Made by a program: the position numbers and the translations under genes
Notes under the pieces: model-generated
Seen by the model: only the letters and a program-made list of their open reading frames with translations
Databases searched by the model: none
What the model was told of the DNA's origin: nothing
Shown: positions 27,369-36,720 of the stretch, in pieces
How the letters are laid out: every line of letters begins with the position of its first letter
How positions within the stretch are numbered: position 1 is the first letter of the stretch
From: Candidatus Iainarchaeum sp.
Lineage (GTDB): Archaea > Iainarchaeota > Iainarchaeia > Iainarchaeales > Iainarchaeaceae
Direction: 5' to 3'
Length of the DNA stretch: 64,000 nt
Assembly (NCBI GenBank): GCA_043812975.1
Contig: JBDRLP010000027.1
Span: 1 to 64,000 of the forward strand

Positions 27369-27432
27369 ATTCTTCCGCATCGGCAATGTACCCTTTGGGA
27401 AGTTAGTTCTATTCATTTTTTCTTATAATTAT

Positions 27433-28341
27433 ATGAAAAAATCAATCAAGACATCTTTTGGTTCTATCTTGTTGAAAGAACTTGAAACTGTCACGATTCC
27501 AGATTTACCTAGTCAATCTATTAATTTAAGTTTAAAATCTTTTTTAGCAGATGAACATTTACAATTTAATGTGATTAGCCAAACTAAAGATTACTATTTG
27601 TTAAGCTTGGCAAACAGAATCACAACTCTTCCAAAATATCTGACTCCTAAATTAGCTTATTTTATAGGTTATTTCTATGGAGACGGAGGGTTAAAAAATA
27701 TTGAAAAATCTTTCAAAATCACAGGGCGATTTGATCATAAATTCAAAATTGCAGATGAATTTTTGGTTCAAATTAAACAAATTAAATTTCTTTTTGAACA
27801 TTTGTTTGGTCTTGAAATCCCAGTTAGATTTGAACGAATTCATAAAGGAGAAAGAACTCATTATATAGAAATGACAAATAAAATAATTTACTTGTTTTTA
27901 ACAAAAGTTTTTGGTTTGCCTTGTGGGAAAAAAGATAATAAATTAAACACCCCCCAAATTATTACAAATTCTTCAACTGAACTTCAACAATGGTTTCTGA
28001 GAGGTTTATTTGATGCTGATGGGGATACCAGAGCAGTAGAAGCAGGATTCAAATCTCAATCGAGGGTTAAAATTAGGATGAAACAATTGCATTTTATTTC
28101 TGAGTTAAAACCTTTTATTGAATCTGTCTTTAAAGTTTCAGTTAACGGCCCGTATTTCGATTCTGAGGGGGATTCTGCTTATATTCAGGTTGAAAGACAA
28201 GCTGACATAATTAAACTTTCTGGATTGAATTTGTTTATTCACCCGATAAAAAAGTGGCGATTAAAGAAAACTAGAGAATTTTTGTTGAAAAGGAAGAATT
28301 TAAAAGTAATTGCCGCCGAAACTATTACAATGGGAACGTAG
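27433..28341 (+). CDS. Free-standing two-motif LAGLIDADG homing endonuclease
   Basis: LAYFIGYFYGDGG and FLRGLFDADGD motifs; no intein splicing motifs; stop codon lies inside tRNA-Phe. Confidence 0.88.
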   Translation: MKKSIKTSFGSILLKELETVTIPDLPSQSINLSLKSFLADEHLQFNVISQTKDYYLLSLANRITTLPKYLTPKLAYFIGYFYGDGGLKNIEKSFKITGRFDHKFKIADEFLVQIKQIKFLFEHLFGLEIPVRFERIHKGERTHYIEMTNKIIYLFLTKVFGLPCGKKDNKLNTPQIITNSSTELQQWFLRGLFDADGDTRAVEAGFKSQSRVKIRMKQLHFISELKPFIESVFKVSVNGPYFDSEGDSAYIQVERQADIIKLSGLNLFIHPIKKWRLKKTREFLLKRKNLKVIAAETITMGT

Positions 28342-28444
28342 CTCAGCCTGATGCGATTAAGGGTTGAAAAGCTACTTGTTGCAGGCTTAGGAGAGCAATA
28401 CGCTGAAGACGTATGTGTCGCGGGTTCAAATCCCGCCGTTCCCA
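28332..28444 (+). tRNA. tRNA-Phe (GAA) with a 39-nt D-loop intron (28351-28389)
   Basis: GGGAACG/CGTTCCC acceptor; ATACG-CTGAAGA-CGTAT anticodon arm. A perfect BHB motif restores the GCTC-AGCCTGGGA-GAGC D arm after splicing. Confidence 0.9.
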
Positions 28445-28494
28445 TCTCGACAAGTTCTTCGAGGTCTAGTTTATAGTTTTAAATTAAGGCATTA

Positions 28495-28518
28495 CGGGTT
28501 CAAATCCCGCCGACCCCA
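28495..28518 (+). repeat. Partial copy of a tRNA 3' end (T arm plus acceptor strand)
   Basis: CGGGTTCAAATCCCGCCGACCCCA matches 28421-28444 at 22/24 positions. Confidence 0.8.
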
Positions 28519-28530
28519 TTTATTCTCTTT

Positions 28531-29313
28531 TTACAAAATTTTATTCCAATATTCAATTGCGGGTTCAGGAGAGATGCCTTCAAAATGATGTAAAATTTCT
28601 GCAAAAACTCTTCTTTTGATTTGTTCACTAGCAGGGTATCTGCTAACCATTCGTTTCAGAAACTTGAACGTTTCTCTTGGGCCGATACCGTTAGTTAGAA
28701 AATGTAAAGTTCTATAATTAATTAAATGCTCATAATCCGCAATAAATGCATTGAAAATGCTTGAAGTGCTAGTCCAATCAACATTTTGTTTTTTAGCATA
28801 TTTTAAATCTATAATGCTTACTTTTGAGCCTTTTACAGTAACATTCCTAGAAGCAATGTGCCCATGCGAATATTTTGCGGCGTGCATTTCTCCCAATTGT
28901 CTTGCAAATGCTGACAGCAATTTTTTTATCCTTTGTTTTACCTTGTTTCTATTAAGTTTCGAAATATTAGGTCGGGACAGTCCTGAAATCACTTCCCCAA
29001 TATTCTTTCCAGCATCTTCATACGTTAATTGTTCATTATTTCTACGGGTTATTTTCGGGGTATGAATTCCGTGTTTTTGTAGTTCTCTAGTTATTTCAAT
29101 TATTTGATTTGCGGGGTTTATTTTTCGACTTTTAGGAATCCCATCTGGAGTGCCAATGTACCCATGTAAACCTTTTCTTCTGGCTTCCGAAGGTGCTCTT
29201 ACACTATAACCCAAAACTCCTCCTTCTGAACCAGTTTTAATGGGTTTGACCTCTAAAGGAAGGATATAATCAGTTTCTTTAGGCGGTCTTCTCTGGCCTC
29301 TTTTTATTGCCAT
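28531..29313 (-). CDS. Protein-kinase-like (Bud32/Kdo/RIO-like) orphan with HGH in place of the catalytic HxD
   Basis: LQKHGIHTPK...YED...LGEMH...HGHIASRNV...IIDL pattern; basic N-terminus MAIKRGQRRPPK. Confidence 0.65.
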   Translation of the reverse strand: MAIKRGQRRPPKETDYILPLEVKPIKTGSEGGVLGYSVRAPSEARRKGLHGYIGTPDGIPKSRKINPANQIIEITRELQKHGIHTPKITRRNNEQLTYEDAGKNIGEVISGLSRPNISKLNRNKVKQRIKKLLSAFARQLGEMHAAKYSHGHIASRNVTVKGSKVSIIDLKYAKKQNVDWTSTSSIFNAFIADYEHLINYRTLHFLTNGIGPRETFKFLKRMVSRYPASEQIKRRVFAEILHHFEGISPEPAIEYWNKIL

Positions 29314-29387
29314 ATATGAAAGAGCGTTTTTTAGAATTATAATTGTTTCTGTTCCTTTTTTCAATATTTTCCCTTCTTTTATATTAT

Positions 29388-30149
29388 ATGATCAATCTTT
29401 CAGAAAAAACAGTAATCGTTACTGGGGCATCAAGAGGAATCGGAAAAGCAATCGCACTTGCTTTTGCAAAGGAAGGATGTAATTTAGTTTTGAATTTTGT
29501 TTCTGATTCGAGTAAAGAAAAAATAGAATCTTTACAAAAAGAGATTTCAGGATTAGGTGTGAAAAGTATCGCTGTTCAGGCTGATGTTTCTAAAGAAGAT
29601 GAATGTAGAAAAGTTTTAGATTCTTGCGTGAAAGAATTTGGTTCTGTTTTTGTTTTGGCTAATAATGCGGGAGTTTATTCAGGTAATCCAGGAACCCCTA
29701 CTTGGGAACTTGATGAACAGGAATTTGACAAAATTTTTTCCATTAATGTAAAAGGGTTATTTTTTATGGCAAAGCATGTCGGCAAATGGATGATTGATAA
29801 TAAAGTCAAAGGAGTGATTGTTAATACTGCTTCAGTCGCGGGTTTGGATGCAAGTGTTTCAGGGAGTATTTACGGAGCGTCAAAAGCAGCAGTTTATAGT
29901 TTTACAAAAACTTGGGCAGTTGAATTCGGAAAAAAAGGAATAAGAGTTAATTCTGTTTCTCCTGGGCCGGTTTTAACTGATTTATTACAAAGCGTTACTG
30001 AAACAGCAAAAAAGCATTTTGCTGAGGAAACCCCTTTAGGAGATATCGCAAGGCCTGAAGATATTGCTGATGCTGTTGTTTTTATGGCAAAACAGGAAAG
30101 AATTAATGGTCAAACAATTGTAGTCGATGGCGGGCGTTTAAGGCATTAG
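29388..30149 (+). CDS. Short-chain dehydrogenase/reductase (FabG-like)
   Basis: TGASRGIG, NNAG, YGASK and GIRVNSVSPG motifs. Confidence 0.93.
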   Translation: MINLSEKTVIVTGASRGIGKAIALAFAKEGCNLVLNFVSDSSKEKIESLQKEISGLGVKSIAVQADVSKEDECRKVLDSCVKEFGSVFVLANNAGVYSGNPGTPTWELDEQEFDKIFSINVKGLFFMAKHVGKWMIDNKVKGVIVNTASVAGLDASVSGSIYGASKAAVYSFTKTWAVEFGKKGIRVNSVSPGPVLTDLLQSVTETAKKHFAEETPLGDIARPEDIADAVVFMAKQERINGQTIVVDGGRLRH

Positions 30150-30196
30150 CAGGGTAAATTACATTGGCTTTTAATTAGTTTTCATCCAAATTATTT

Positions 30197-32395
30197 TTGA
30201 TTACCTTGTTGTTAAAACGTATTTTTCTGTTAGTTTTAGTGCTTCTTTTTTCAGTTAGCGCATTAGCTGCAGTTCCAACAGTATCTAGTAGCACTCATGG
30301 CGAGGGTGAATGGGCAGATGCTCCTTTCATTAAAGTTAATTTTTCTTATTCTGAAGCAACAAACTTTGCTTATGTTGTTGATAAAGAAATAGACACTGTT
30401 CCAGATACAACTGGCCAGATAAGTAATTTTACTGAGCCTTCAAGTTCTGAAATTTCTTTAGGGTCAAAACTTGATGGAATATATTGGCTGCACGTAAGAG
30501 GAAAAAACTCTTCAGGCTGGAGTGATACTAAGCATTATGAAATTAAAGTAGATTCTAATGGCCCAAAAAGACCGCCTGATGTTATTGCAACTTCGTTAGA
30601 TGACGGCACCATTCAAATAGAGTGGGGCGATGCTGAGGATGACCTTTCAGGAATCGGGCATTATAATGTTTACAGGAGTAATCTTAGATTTGTTAGTGAT
30701 GCAGGAATTTCAAGGGAATTCACTGTAAGGGACGCGGTTGCAAAAAAAATTGGTGAAGAAATAACAGAAATAAGTTATCATGATACTGAAGTAAATGAAG
30801 GTTACAGGTATCATTATAAGATTCAGCCTGTAGATAATGCAGGTAACCTAGGAACTCCAAGTTCTGTAGCTTCTGCACGAGCACCTTCTTTTTGCGATTT
30901 TTCTTTTGTTATTACTGCGGAGATGAATGATGAAAACATAGCTATTGCAATCGAATCCACAGGATTATTCAAAAAAGGGAATGTGAAAGTTGTTGACCCT
31001 AATGGAGTTGAAACAGAAATCGTAGAATCAGAGTCAAATGTTTTTTCCATTGAAACATCTTATAGTTTAACAAACAAACCAAACGGAGACTATAATATTT
31101 TCTTTACCTCCATCGACCCCGACTTTGACGAATGTACTGCCGGAAAGATTTTTGTTTTAGATTCCGCTTTCCCAGAAGTAAAAATAATTTCTCCGTCTTC
31201 CACTGAGGTTTTAACCGATCAGGTTAAGTTTGAAATTGAAGCAAGTGATTCCGGGGTTAATCCATCAGGACTTGTTAGTGTTATTCTTTACATTGAAAAG
31301 TCTGGTGAAGAAGTATTGGTCGGAGAAGCGGAAAAGTCTGGTCAAAATTATGTTTATGACTGGAACACTATTACTTATGAAAATGGAAGGTTCAAAGTTA
31401 TTGTAAAAGCAAAGGATCGTGCAGGAAATGAATCTGAGGATTCAGCTGTTTATAGTTTTGAAAACATTTTCTTCATAAGAACAGAGGCAAGTTCTGCTAT
31501 TGCTTCTGCTGAAAAAGTACGAATTGAGGGGATAAATTATTTAGCTGATTTAAGAGGGCAAGGAATTGATGTACAGGAGTTAGAAGTAAGGCTTGTTAAT
31601 GCAGATTCTAATTTTAATTATGCCAAGGAGCTTTTTGAACAGGGTTACTATTTTGAATTGGCTTCCAAACAAGCAGATTTAGCTAAATTACAGTATAATT
31701 CAATCCTTAGCAGTATTAGTCTGGAAGATTATGGTGCAAGAGTTTACATTTACGATGTAGAACAACTTGACCTTTTCTTAAGTGCATCAGGGCTAGACTC
31801 TGGGATAATAACCAACTCTAAAGACCTAATACAAAAGTTACAGCCTTTAAGAAGATTAGAACTTGTAAAAGTCACAAAAGGAACAAGCTCTTATTACAGG
31901 GCTAATGTTTTGATTTCATTTTCTAATGTGCAGGACAGCAACATTTCTTTAAGAATTTTAGAAATAATCCCGAAACAATTCACTGATAATGCCAATAACC
32001 TAGCTTCCAATTCCGGTTTTGAAATAATTCAATCAGACCCTATAATTGCATTCGAATCGATTGACTCAAGTCCAGGAGAAACAACTTCTATTATTTATTC
32101 TTTAAAACAAGCGCTTACTAAAGAGCAGGCAGATATTTTGCTTTCATCAAATGTAATGAACTTTTATATTTCCCCGCCTATTCTAGTCGATTCAACAACT
32201 GACTTATCCTCAGTTAAGCTTTCTTCGTTACTGAACTTTAATTCATTAATATCTTCTTTACCTCCGATTGAATGGACTACGACTAATCTGGTTATTGTAG
32301 GAATAGCGATTCTTGCAATTTTGTTTATAATTTTAGTTATTGTATTGTTGGCAGTATTTGCAGGGTATTATTTTTTCATAAGAAAAAAACACTGA
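30197..32395 (+). CDS. Large cell-surface protein with FN3/Ig-like domains and C-terminal membrane anchor
   Basis: Signal peptide; W..A.DD.SGI..Y.VYR and Y.Y.I..VD.AGN FN3 motifs; WNT...NG...A.DRAGN Ig-like motif; C-terminal TM plus RKKH. Confidence 0.8.
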   Translation: MITLLLKRIFLLVLVLLFSVSALAAVPTVSSSTHGEGEWADAPFIKVNFSYSEATNFAYVVDKEIDTVPDTTGQISNFTEPSSSEISLGSKLDGIYWLHVRGKNSSGWSDTKHYEIKVDSNGPKRPPDVIATSLDDGTIQIEWGDAEDDLSGIGHYNVYRSNLRFVSDAGISREFTVRDAVAKKIGEEITEISYHDTEVNEGYRYHYKIQPVDNAGNLGTPSSVASARAPSFCDFSFVITAEMNDENIAIAIESTGLFKKGNVKVVDPNGVETEIVESESNVFSIETSYSLTNKPNGDYNIFFTSIDPDFDECTAGKIFVLDSAFPEVKIISPSSTEVLTDQVKFEIEASDSGVNPSGLVSVILYIEKSGEEVLVGEAEKSGQNYVYDWNTITYENGRFKVIVKAKDRAGNESEDSAVYSFENIFFIRTEASSAIASAEKVRIEGINYLADLRGQGIDVQELEVRLVNADSNFNYAKELFEQGYYFELASKQADLAKLQYNSILSSISLEDYGARVYIYDVEQLDLFLSASGLDSGIITNSKDLIQKLQPLRRLELVKVTKGTSSYYRANVLISFSNVQDSNISLRILEIIPKQFTDNANNLASNSGFEIIQSDPIIAFESIDSSPGETTSIIYSLKQALTKEQADILLSSNVMNFYISPPILVDSTTDLSSVKLSSLLNFNSLISSLPPIEWTTTNLVIVGIAILAILFIILVIVLLAVFAGYYFFIRKKH

Positions 32396-32401
32396 TTTAC
32401 A

Positions 32402-33454
32402 ATGAGTTTTGAAAAATTTTTAAAAGAATCTGCTAAGAATATTGATGAAGAACTGGAGAAATTTTTCCCTAAAAAAATCACTGCTAAATGGGTTTCTGAA
32501 TATTTAGGTAATCCAGAATTTAGTTTTGATGAAAATTCTTCGCAAAAAGCAGTTGTTGATCCGATTTGGGATTTTTTAGCTCGGGGTGGAAAACGATGGA
32601 GGCCAACTTTAATGTTACTTGCATGTGAAGCAGTTGGCGGAAATAAAAAAGAAGCAATGCCTTTTACTGTTATTCCTGAACTTGTTCACAATGGGACGAT
32701 AATGGTTGATGATGTGGAAGATAATTCTTCACTGAGAAGAGGTAAACAATCAACTCATTTAATTTATGGGGCGGATGTTGCAATAAATGCAGGAAATGCA
32801 ATGTACTTTCTGCCGTTAGTAACACTAATCAATGACACTAATATTTCTGCTGAACAAAAAGCAACTATTTATGATTTGTATGCAAAAGAACTTCTGAAAC
32901 TTTCTTTTGGGCAGGCAATGGATATTTATTGGCATAATGGCCATTCTGATGTAACAGAACAGCAGTACTTACAGATGACTTCTTACAAAACAGGGTCCTT
33001 ATCAAGATTAGCTGTTGGTTTGGGAGTAATATTAGGAAAAGGATCAGAAAAACAAATTTCTGTTTTGTCTGATTTTGCAACTAGTTTAGGAGTTGCTTTT
33101 CAGATTCATGATGATGTTTTGAACCTTAAACCTGCGAAGGATTGGGGTAAAGAAACCGGGGATGATATCCAGGAAGGTAAAAGAACTCTAATAATTATTC
33201 ATGCTTTTTCAGTAATTAGCCCCGATAAAAAGGATCGATTAACAAAAATTTTGGATGCTAAAAAAAATACTGCGGCAGAAATAAAAGAAGCAATTTCTAT
33301 TTTGGATGAATCAGGTTCGATTGATTATGCTAAAAAGTTTGCAAAAGATATTGTTGTTGAAAGCTGGTCAAATCTTAGTAAGTCTCTTGACGAATCTGAC
33401 GCAAAAAAAATGCTGAAAGAATTTGCAGATTATGTTATTAAACGAGAAATTTAA
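32402..33454 (+). CDS. Polyprenyl (GGPP-type) diphosphate synthase
   Basis: GGKRWRP, VDDVED...RRG, GQAMD, KT, FQIHDDVL and DDIQEGKRT motifs. Confidence 0.93.
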   Translation: MSFEKFLKESAKNIDEELEKFFPKKITAKWVSEYLGNPEFSFDENSSQKAVVDPIWDFLARGGKRWRPTLMLLACEAVGGNKKEAMPFTVIPELVHNGTIMVDDVEDNSSLRRGKQSTHLIYGADVAINAGNAMYFLPLVTLINDTNISAEQKATIYDLYAKELLKLSFGQAMDIYWHNGHSDVTEQQYLQMTSYKTGSLSRLAVGLGVILGKGSEKQISVLSDFATSLGVAFQIHDDVLNLKPAKDWGKETGDDIQEGKRTLIIIHAFSVISPDKKDRLTKILDAKKNTAAEIKEAISILDESGSIDYAKKFAKDIVVESWSNLSKSLDESDAKKMLKEFADYVIKREI

Positions 33455-34197
33455 ACATCGTATTCTTTGTCTACTTTTTTGATGTTCATCCCTTTAGAAT
33501 CAATTTCTATTGGGTGTAAATCTTCCGAATGGTGTGTCGCACGCATTTTTCTTATGTGAAGAGTTCTGTTGCTTCTTGTTCCTATGCCCATGTAGTGTAA
33601 CACTATTACTCCGTCAACAACATATTCTTCTATTCCGTATTTTCCGAATTTGTTTTCTCCTTCAAAGACTTCTGAAGTCATCAATGTCGTAACTCCTATT
33701 CTCATTAAAAGATAAGAAAGTTTCAGAATCGCGTTTCTGATTTCGTTTTCATTTTCATAATTCATTCCCATTGCAGGAATAGAATCAATCACCAGTCTTT
33801 TTGCGCCTATTCTTTTTGTAGTGCGCATTATTTCAAGCAAAAGTTTGTCAATATCAAATCCGGTTGCAGGCATTGCAAATTCTTCTTCGCTAGGAATCCC
33901 GATTTTTGCCAGACTTCCATCAATAATGTGTATCAGGTTGTTTTCTTCAAGTTTTCTTAAATCCCAGCCGAATCTTTGCATGTCCTGTCTTATAAGTTCA
34001 GGTCGTTCATCAAGAGTTACATAAATGCCTGGTTCTTTGTATTTAGAAGCCCCCTCGTAAAGGTATTGGGCGCAAAAAATAGTTTTTCCTGTACCGCAAG
34101 CCCCTGATATTAAGGTTGTTCTCCCTTCTAGAAAACCGCCTTCGATAAGCTTGTCTAATCCGTTTATCCCTGTCGGGACTCTACCCATTTCAGTCAA
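33451..34197 (-). CDS. KaiC/RAD55-family RecA-superfamily ATPase
   Basis: TGINGLD.LI.GG, GACGTGKT, RLVIDSI, EEYVVDGVI and KMR motifs. Confidence 0.9.
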   Translation of the reverse strand: MTEMGRVPTGINGLDKLIEGGFLEGRTTLISGACGTGKTIFCAQYLYEGASKYKEPGIYVTLDERPELIRQDMQRFGWDLRKLEENNLIHIIDGSLAKIGIPSEEEFAMPATGFDIDKLLLEIMRTTKRIGAKRLVIDSIPAMGMNYENENEIRNAILKLSYLLMRIGVTTLMTSEVFEGENKFGKYGIEEYVVDGVIVLHYMGIGTRSNRTLHIRKMRATHHSEDLHPIEIDSKGMNIKKVDKEYDV

Positions 34198-34247
34198 AGT
34201 ATCACGTTATAGTTTGCTTTGAACTTGTATTTATATCTTTTCAAAAT

Positions 34248-34331
34248 GATTAAATTGCATTGATTAAACCGCATAGGTTAAACCGCATAGGTTAAATCGC
34301 ATAGATTAAACTGCATTGAATAAATCACATT
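34248..34331. repeat. Six tandem 14-bp imperfect repeats (consensus GATTAAACYGCATW)
   Basis: gattaaattgcatt / gattaaaccgcata / ggttaaaccgcata / ggttaaatcgcata / gattaaactgcatt / gaataaatcacatt. Confidence 0.9.
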
Positions 34332-34359
34332 TATAATAATTTACTTCTTTAATAAAATA

Positions 34360-35583
34360 ATGAAAAAATATCTATTGGCTCTATTACTAGTTTTGTTCGT
34401 ACAACCTGCGTTTGCTGGTCAATTATTTATTTTAGATGTATCGTCTCATACCTCAATTCCTTCAACAATTTATGCTGGAGATTTGGTCACAGTTAATGTC
34501 AATGTTACTAATACAAGTGGTGTTGGTCAGGCTGCAGATGATATTGGTGTTTCATTACTGCTTAATGAAAACGATTTTGAAATAATTGATGTTGATGAAA
34601 ATATTGATTCAATAAAATCTAAAGGATCAAAAACAGTTTCTCTTAGATTCAGAGTGAAAGAGGATACTCTTCCTGGGATTTATAAAATTCCTGTATTTTT
34701 GGATTATTTTTCAGGATCTGATGAATTAAATCAGGTTGAAACTATCGATTTAACAGTAATTTCATGTAATACTCTGAACATCAATGAAATAGATTTAAGC
34801 AATTTTAAACCACATATTAATGATTCTCTTGTTATTACTGCAACCATTAAAAACAACTGTTCAACTGCCGCAAGAGATGTTGAAATAAGTTTGACTCCGA
34901 TAACTAATGCGACAATTGATCCGTTTATTGTTGCGGCGGATTCCTTAAAGATAGGGGATATTTTGTCAGGAGAGCAGGAACAGGCAAAATTTAATTTACA
35001 GATAACTGATAAGGTCGATTCTCAAACTTACGTTTTCTCAATTGATGCCAACTGTGATAGTTGCACAACAACTTCCAATTCTTTTTCGTTTCAGGTTTTA
35101 GGGAGACCTGAACTTGTTTTTTCAAACATAGAGTATTCTGTTGATGATGTTTTAGGAAACGATTCGCAAATAATGCAGGGAAGTATATTCACTTTATCTG
35201 TACAGCTTGATAACATTGGTGATGAAAAAGCTAAAGCAGTTAATATTTCTGTTGACTTTGATGAAGCTATTGTAGGAATCAGTAAATCATTCTTAGGGAA
35301 TATAGACCCTGATGATTCGGGAGCAGCTATATTCAATTTAAGTGCTGCTTTTGATGCAAAAGCAGGAGAAACACCAGGGATAATTACAGTTAATTATATT
35401 GATGAACTTGGGGTGGAACGATCTTTTACCGAGAATTATTCACTTTACATTAATGCAGTTCCTCCAACAAGCCCAATAGTTTGGATTTTCATACTGATAT
35501 TAATTATTGTTGTATTGGTTTTGGTTTATTTTATAGTGAAATTTGTTTTCAGGCAACTCGTGCTTAGGAAGCAATCGCGATGA
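34360..35583 (+). CDS. COG1361-type (S-layer-domain/Ig-fold) membrane-anchored protein
   Basis: Signal peptide, repeated beta-rich N.G...A..V...G.I motifs and a C-terminal TM; typical first gene of archaeal MacB-type ABC operons. Confidence 0.8.
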   Translation: MKKYLLALLLVLFVQPAFAGQLFILDVSSHTSIPSTIYAGDLVTVNVNVTNTSGVGQAADDIGVSLLLNENDFEIIDVDENIDSIKSKGSKTVSLRFRVKEDTLPGIYKIPVFLDYFSGSDELNQVETIDLTVISCNTLNINEIDLSNFKPHINDSLVITATIKNNCSTAARDVEISLTPITNATIDPFIVAADSLKIGDILSGEQEQAKFNLQITDKVDSQTYVFSIDANCDSCTTTSNSFSFQVLGRPELVFSNIEYSVDDVLGNDSQIMQGSIFTLSVQLDNIGDEKAKAVNISVDFDEAIVGISKSFLGNIDPDDSGAAIFNLSAAFDAKAGETPGIITVNYIDELGVERSFTENYSLYINAVPPTSPIVWIFILILIIVVLVLVYFIVKFVFRQLVLRKQSR

Positions 35584-36716
35584 TAAAATTATCTTTCCTT
35601 AATTTATTCAGAAGAAAAACCAGGACTTTTTTGGCAATTGCTGGTATAGCAATTGGAGTAGCAGCAATAATTGTTCTTGTTTCTCTTGTTGACGGTTTTA
35701 CTCTGGAGTTCGATGAAATTATTGGGCAATATAAAGCAATCACTGTTATGGAAAAAGACGCTCAGGATCAGACTCTATCAAAAGTGGATATTTCTTTTGT
35801 ATCAAAACTCGAATCCCTTCCTTATGTAAAAACAGCAGTACCTGAAATAATGTTTCTCCCCCAAAAAATTGATGGCAAAGCCGCAGGCATGAATTCGATT
35901 TCTCCACCAAGTGTTTATGGGATGGATCCTGATAAGTTTTTTTCAACTGGAGGGACTACTTTTCTAGGAGAACTTGACAAAGGTTCATTAATTAGAAACT
36001 CTGATTTAGGCCAGGTAGTAATCGGGAAAAGCATTGTGGAAAACTATAAAAAATTCGTTGGTTCCACAATAAAAATTAACGACAAAAAATTCAGAGTAAA
36101 AGGGACCTTGAAAGCGGACAGTGATTTGTTAGCCGGAATAATTGTAATGAACCTTGCCGATGCAAGAGAATTAAGCGGTTTTGACGAAGATAAATTAACT
36201 TCTATTACAATTTTTTTAACTGACACTTCTAAAGACACTTATGTCGGCGATTTAATAGGGCTTAAGTATGGTGAGGATTTAAGTGTTTTTACTCAGGCTG
36301 ATATGTCTGAGATGTTCGGAGAAGTTATTGGAAACCTAAGACTCTTGGCAATTGCTGTTGCATTAATTTCAGGAATTGTTGCAGGCATAGGAATAGCAAA
36401 CACTATTCTAATGAGTGTTCTTGAAAGATTTAAGGAAATTGGTGCATTGAAAGCAGTTGGCTGGACAAATAGCAATGTATTGAGAATGATTCTTTATGAA
36501 GCTTTTTTCCTTGGAGTGATAGGAGGAGTTATTGGAATAATCCTTGGTTTTGTTGTTGCTGAATCAATTTCATCTCTTACAGGTATTGGCTATTATGCAA
36601 GCCCTGCGCTTATAATAACAAGTTTTTTATATGCAATTTTATTAGGCATTATTGCAGGAGTATATCCTGCGTATAGGGCTTCAAAGCTCAATCCAATAGA
36701 GGCATTAAGGAGTTGA
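35580..36716 (+). CDS. MacB/FtsX-family ABC permease
   Basis: RTFLAIAGIAIGV, SVLERFKEIGALKAVG and YPAYRASKLNPIEALR motifs. Confidence 0.93.
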   Translation: MIKLSFLNLFRRKTRTFLAIAGIAIGVAAIIVLVSLVDGFTLEFDEIIGQYKAITVMEKDAQDQTLSKVDISFVSKLESLPYVKTAVPEIMFLPQKIDGKAAGMNSISPPSVYGMDPDKFFSTGGTTFLGELDKGSLIRNSDLGQVVIGKSIVENYKKFVGSTIKINDKKFRVKGTLKADSDLLAGIIVMNLADARELSGFDEDKLTSITIFLTDTSKDTYVGDLIGLKYGEDLSVFTQADMSEMFGEVIGNLRLLAIAVALISGIVAGIGIANTILMSVLERFKEIGALKAVGWTNSNVLRMILYEAFFLGVIGGVIGIILGFVVAESISSLTGIGYYASPALIITSFLYAILLGIIAGVYPAYRASKLNPIEALRS

Positions 36717-36720
36717 TGAA

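Noticed and set aside
28495..28518. 3' half of a split tRNA
   Set aside because: It covers only the T arm and acceptor strand. No complementary leader, BHB partner or matching 5' half was found.
34248..34331. CRISPR array
   Set aside because: The units are contiguous 14-mers without spacers, and there are no cas genes in the window.
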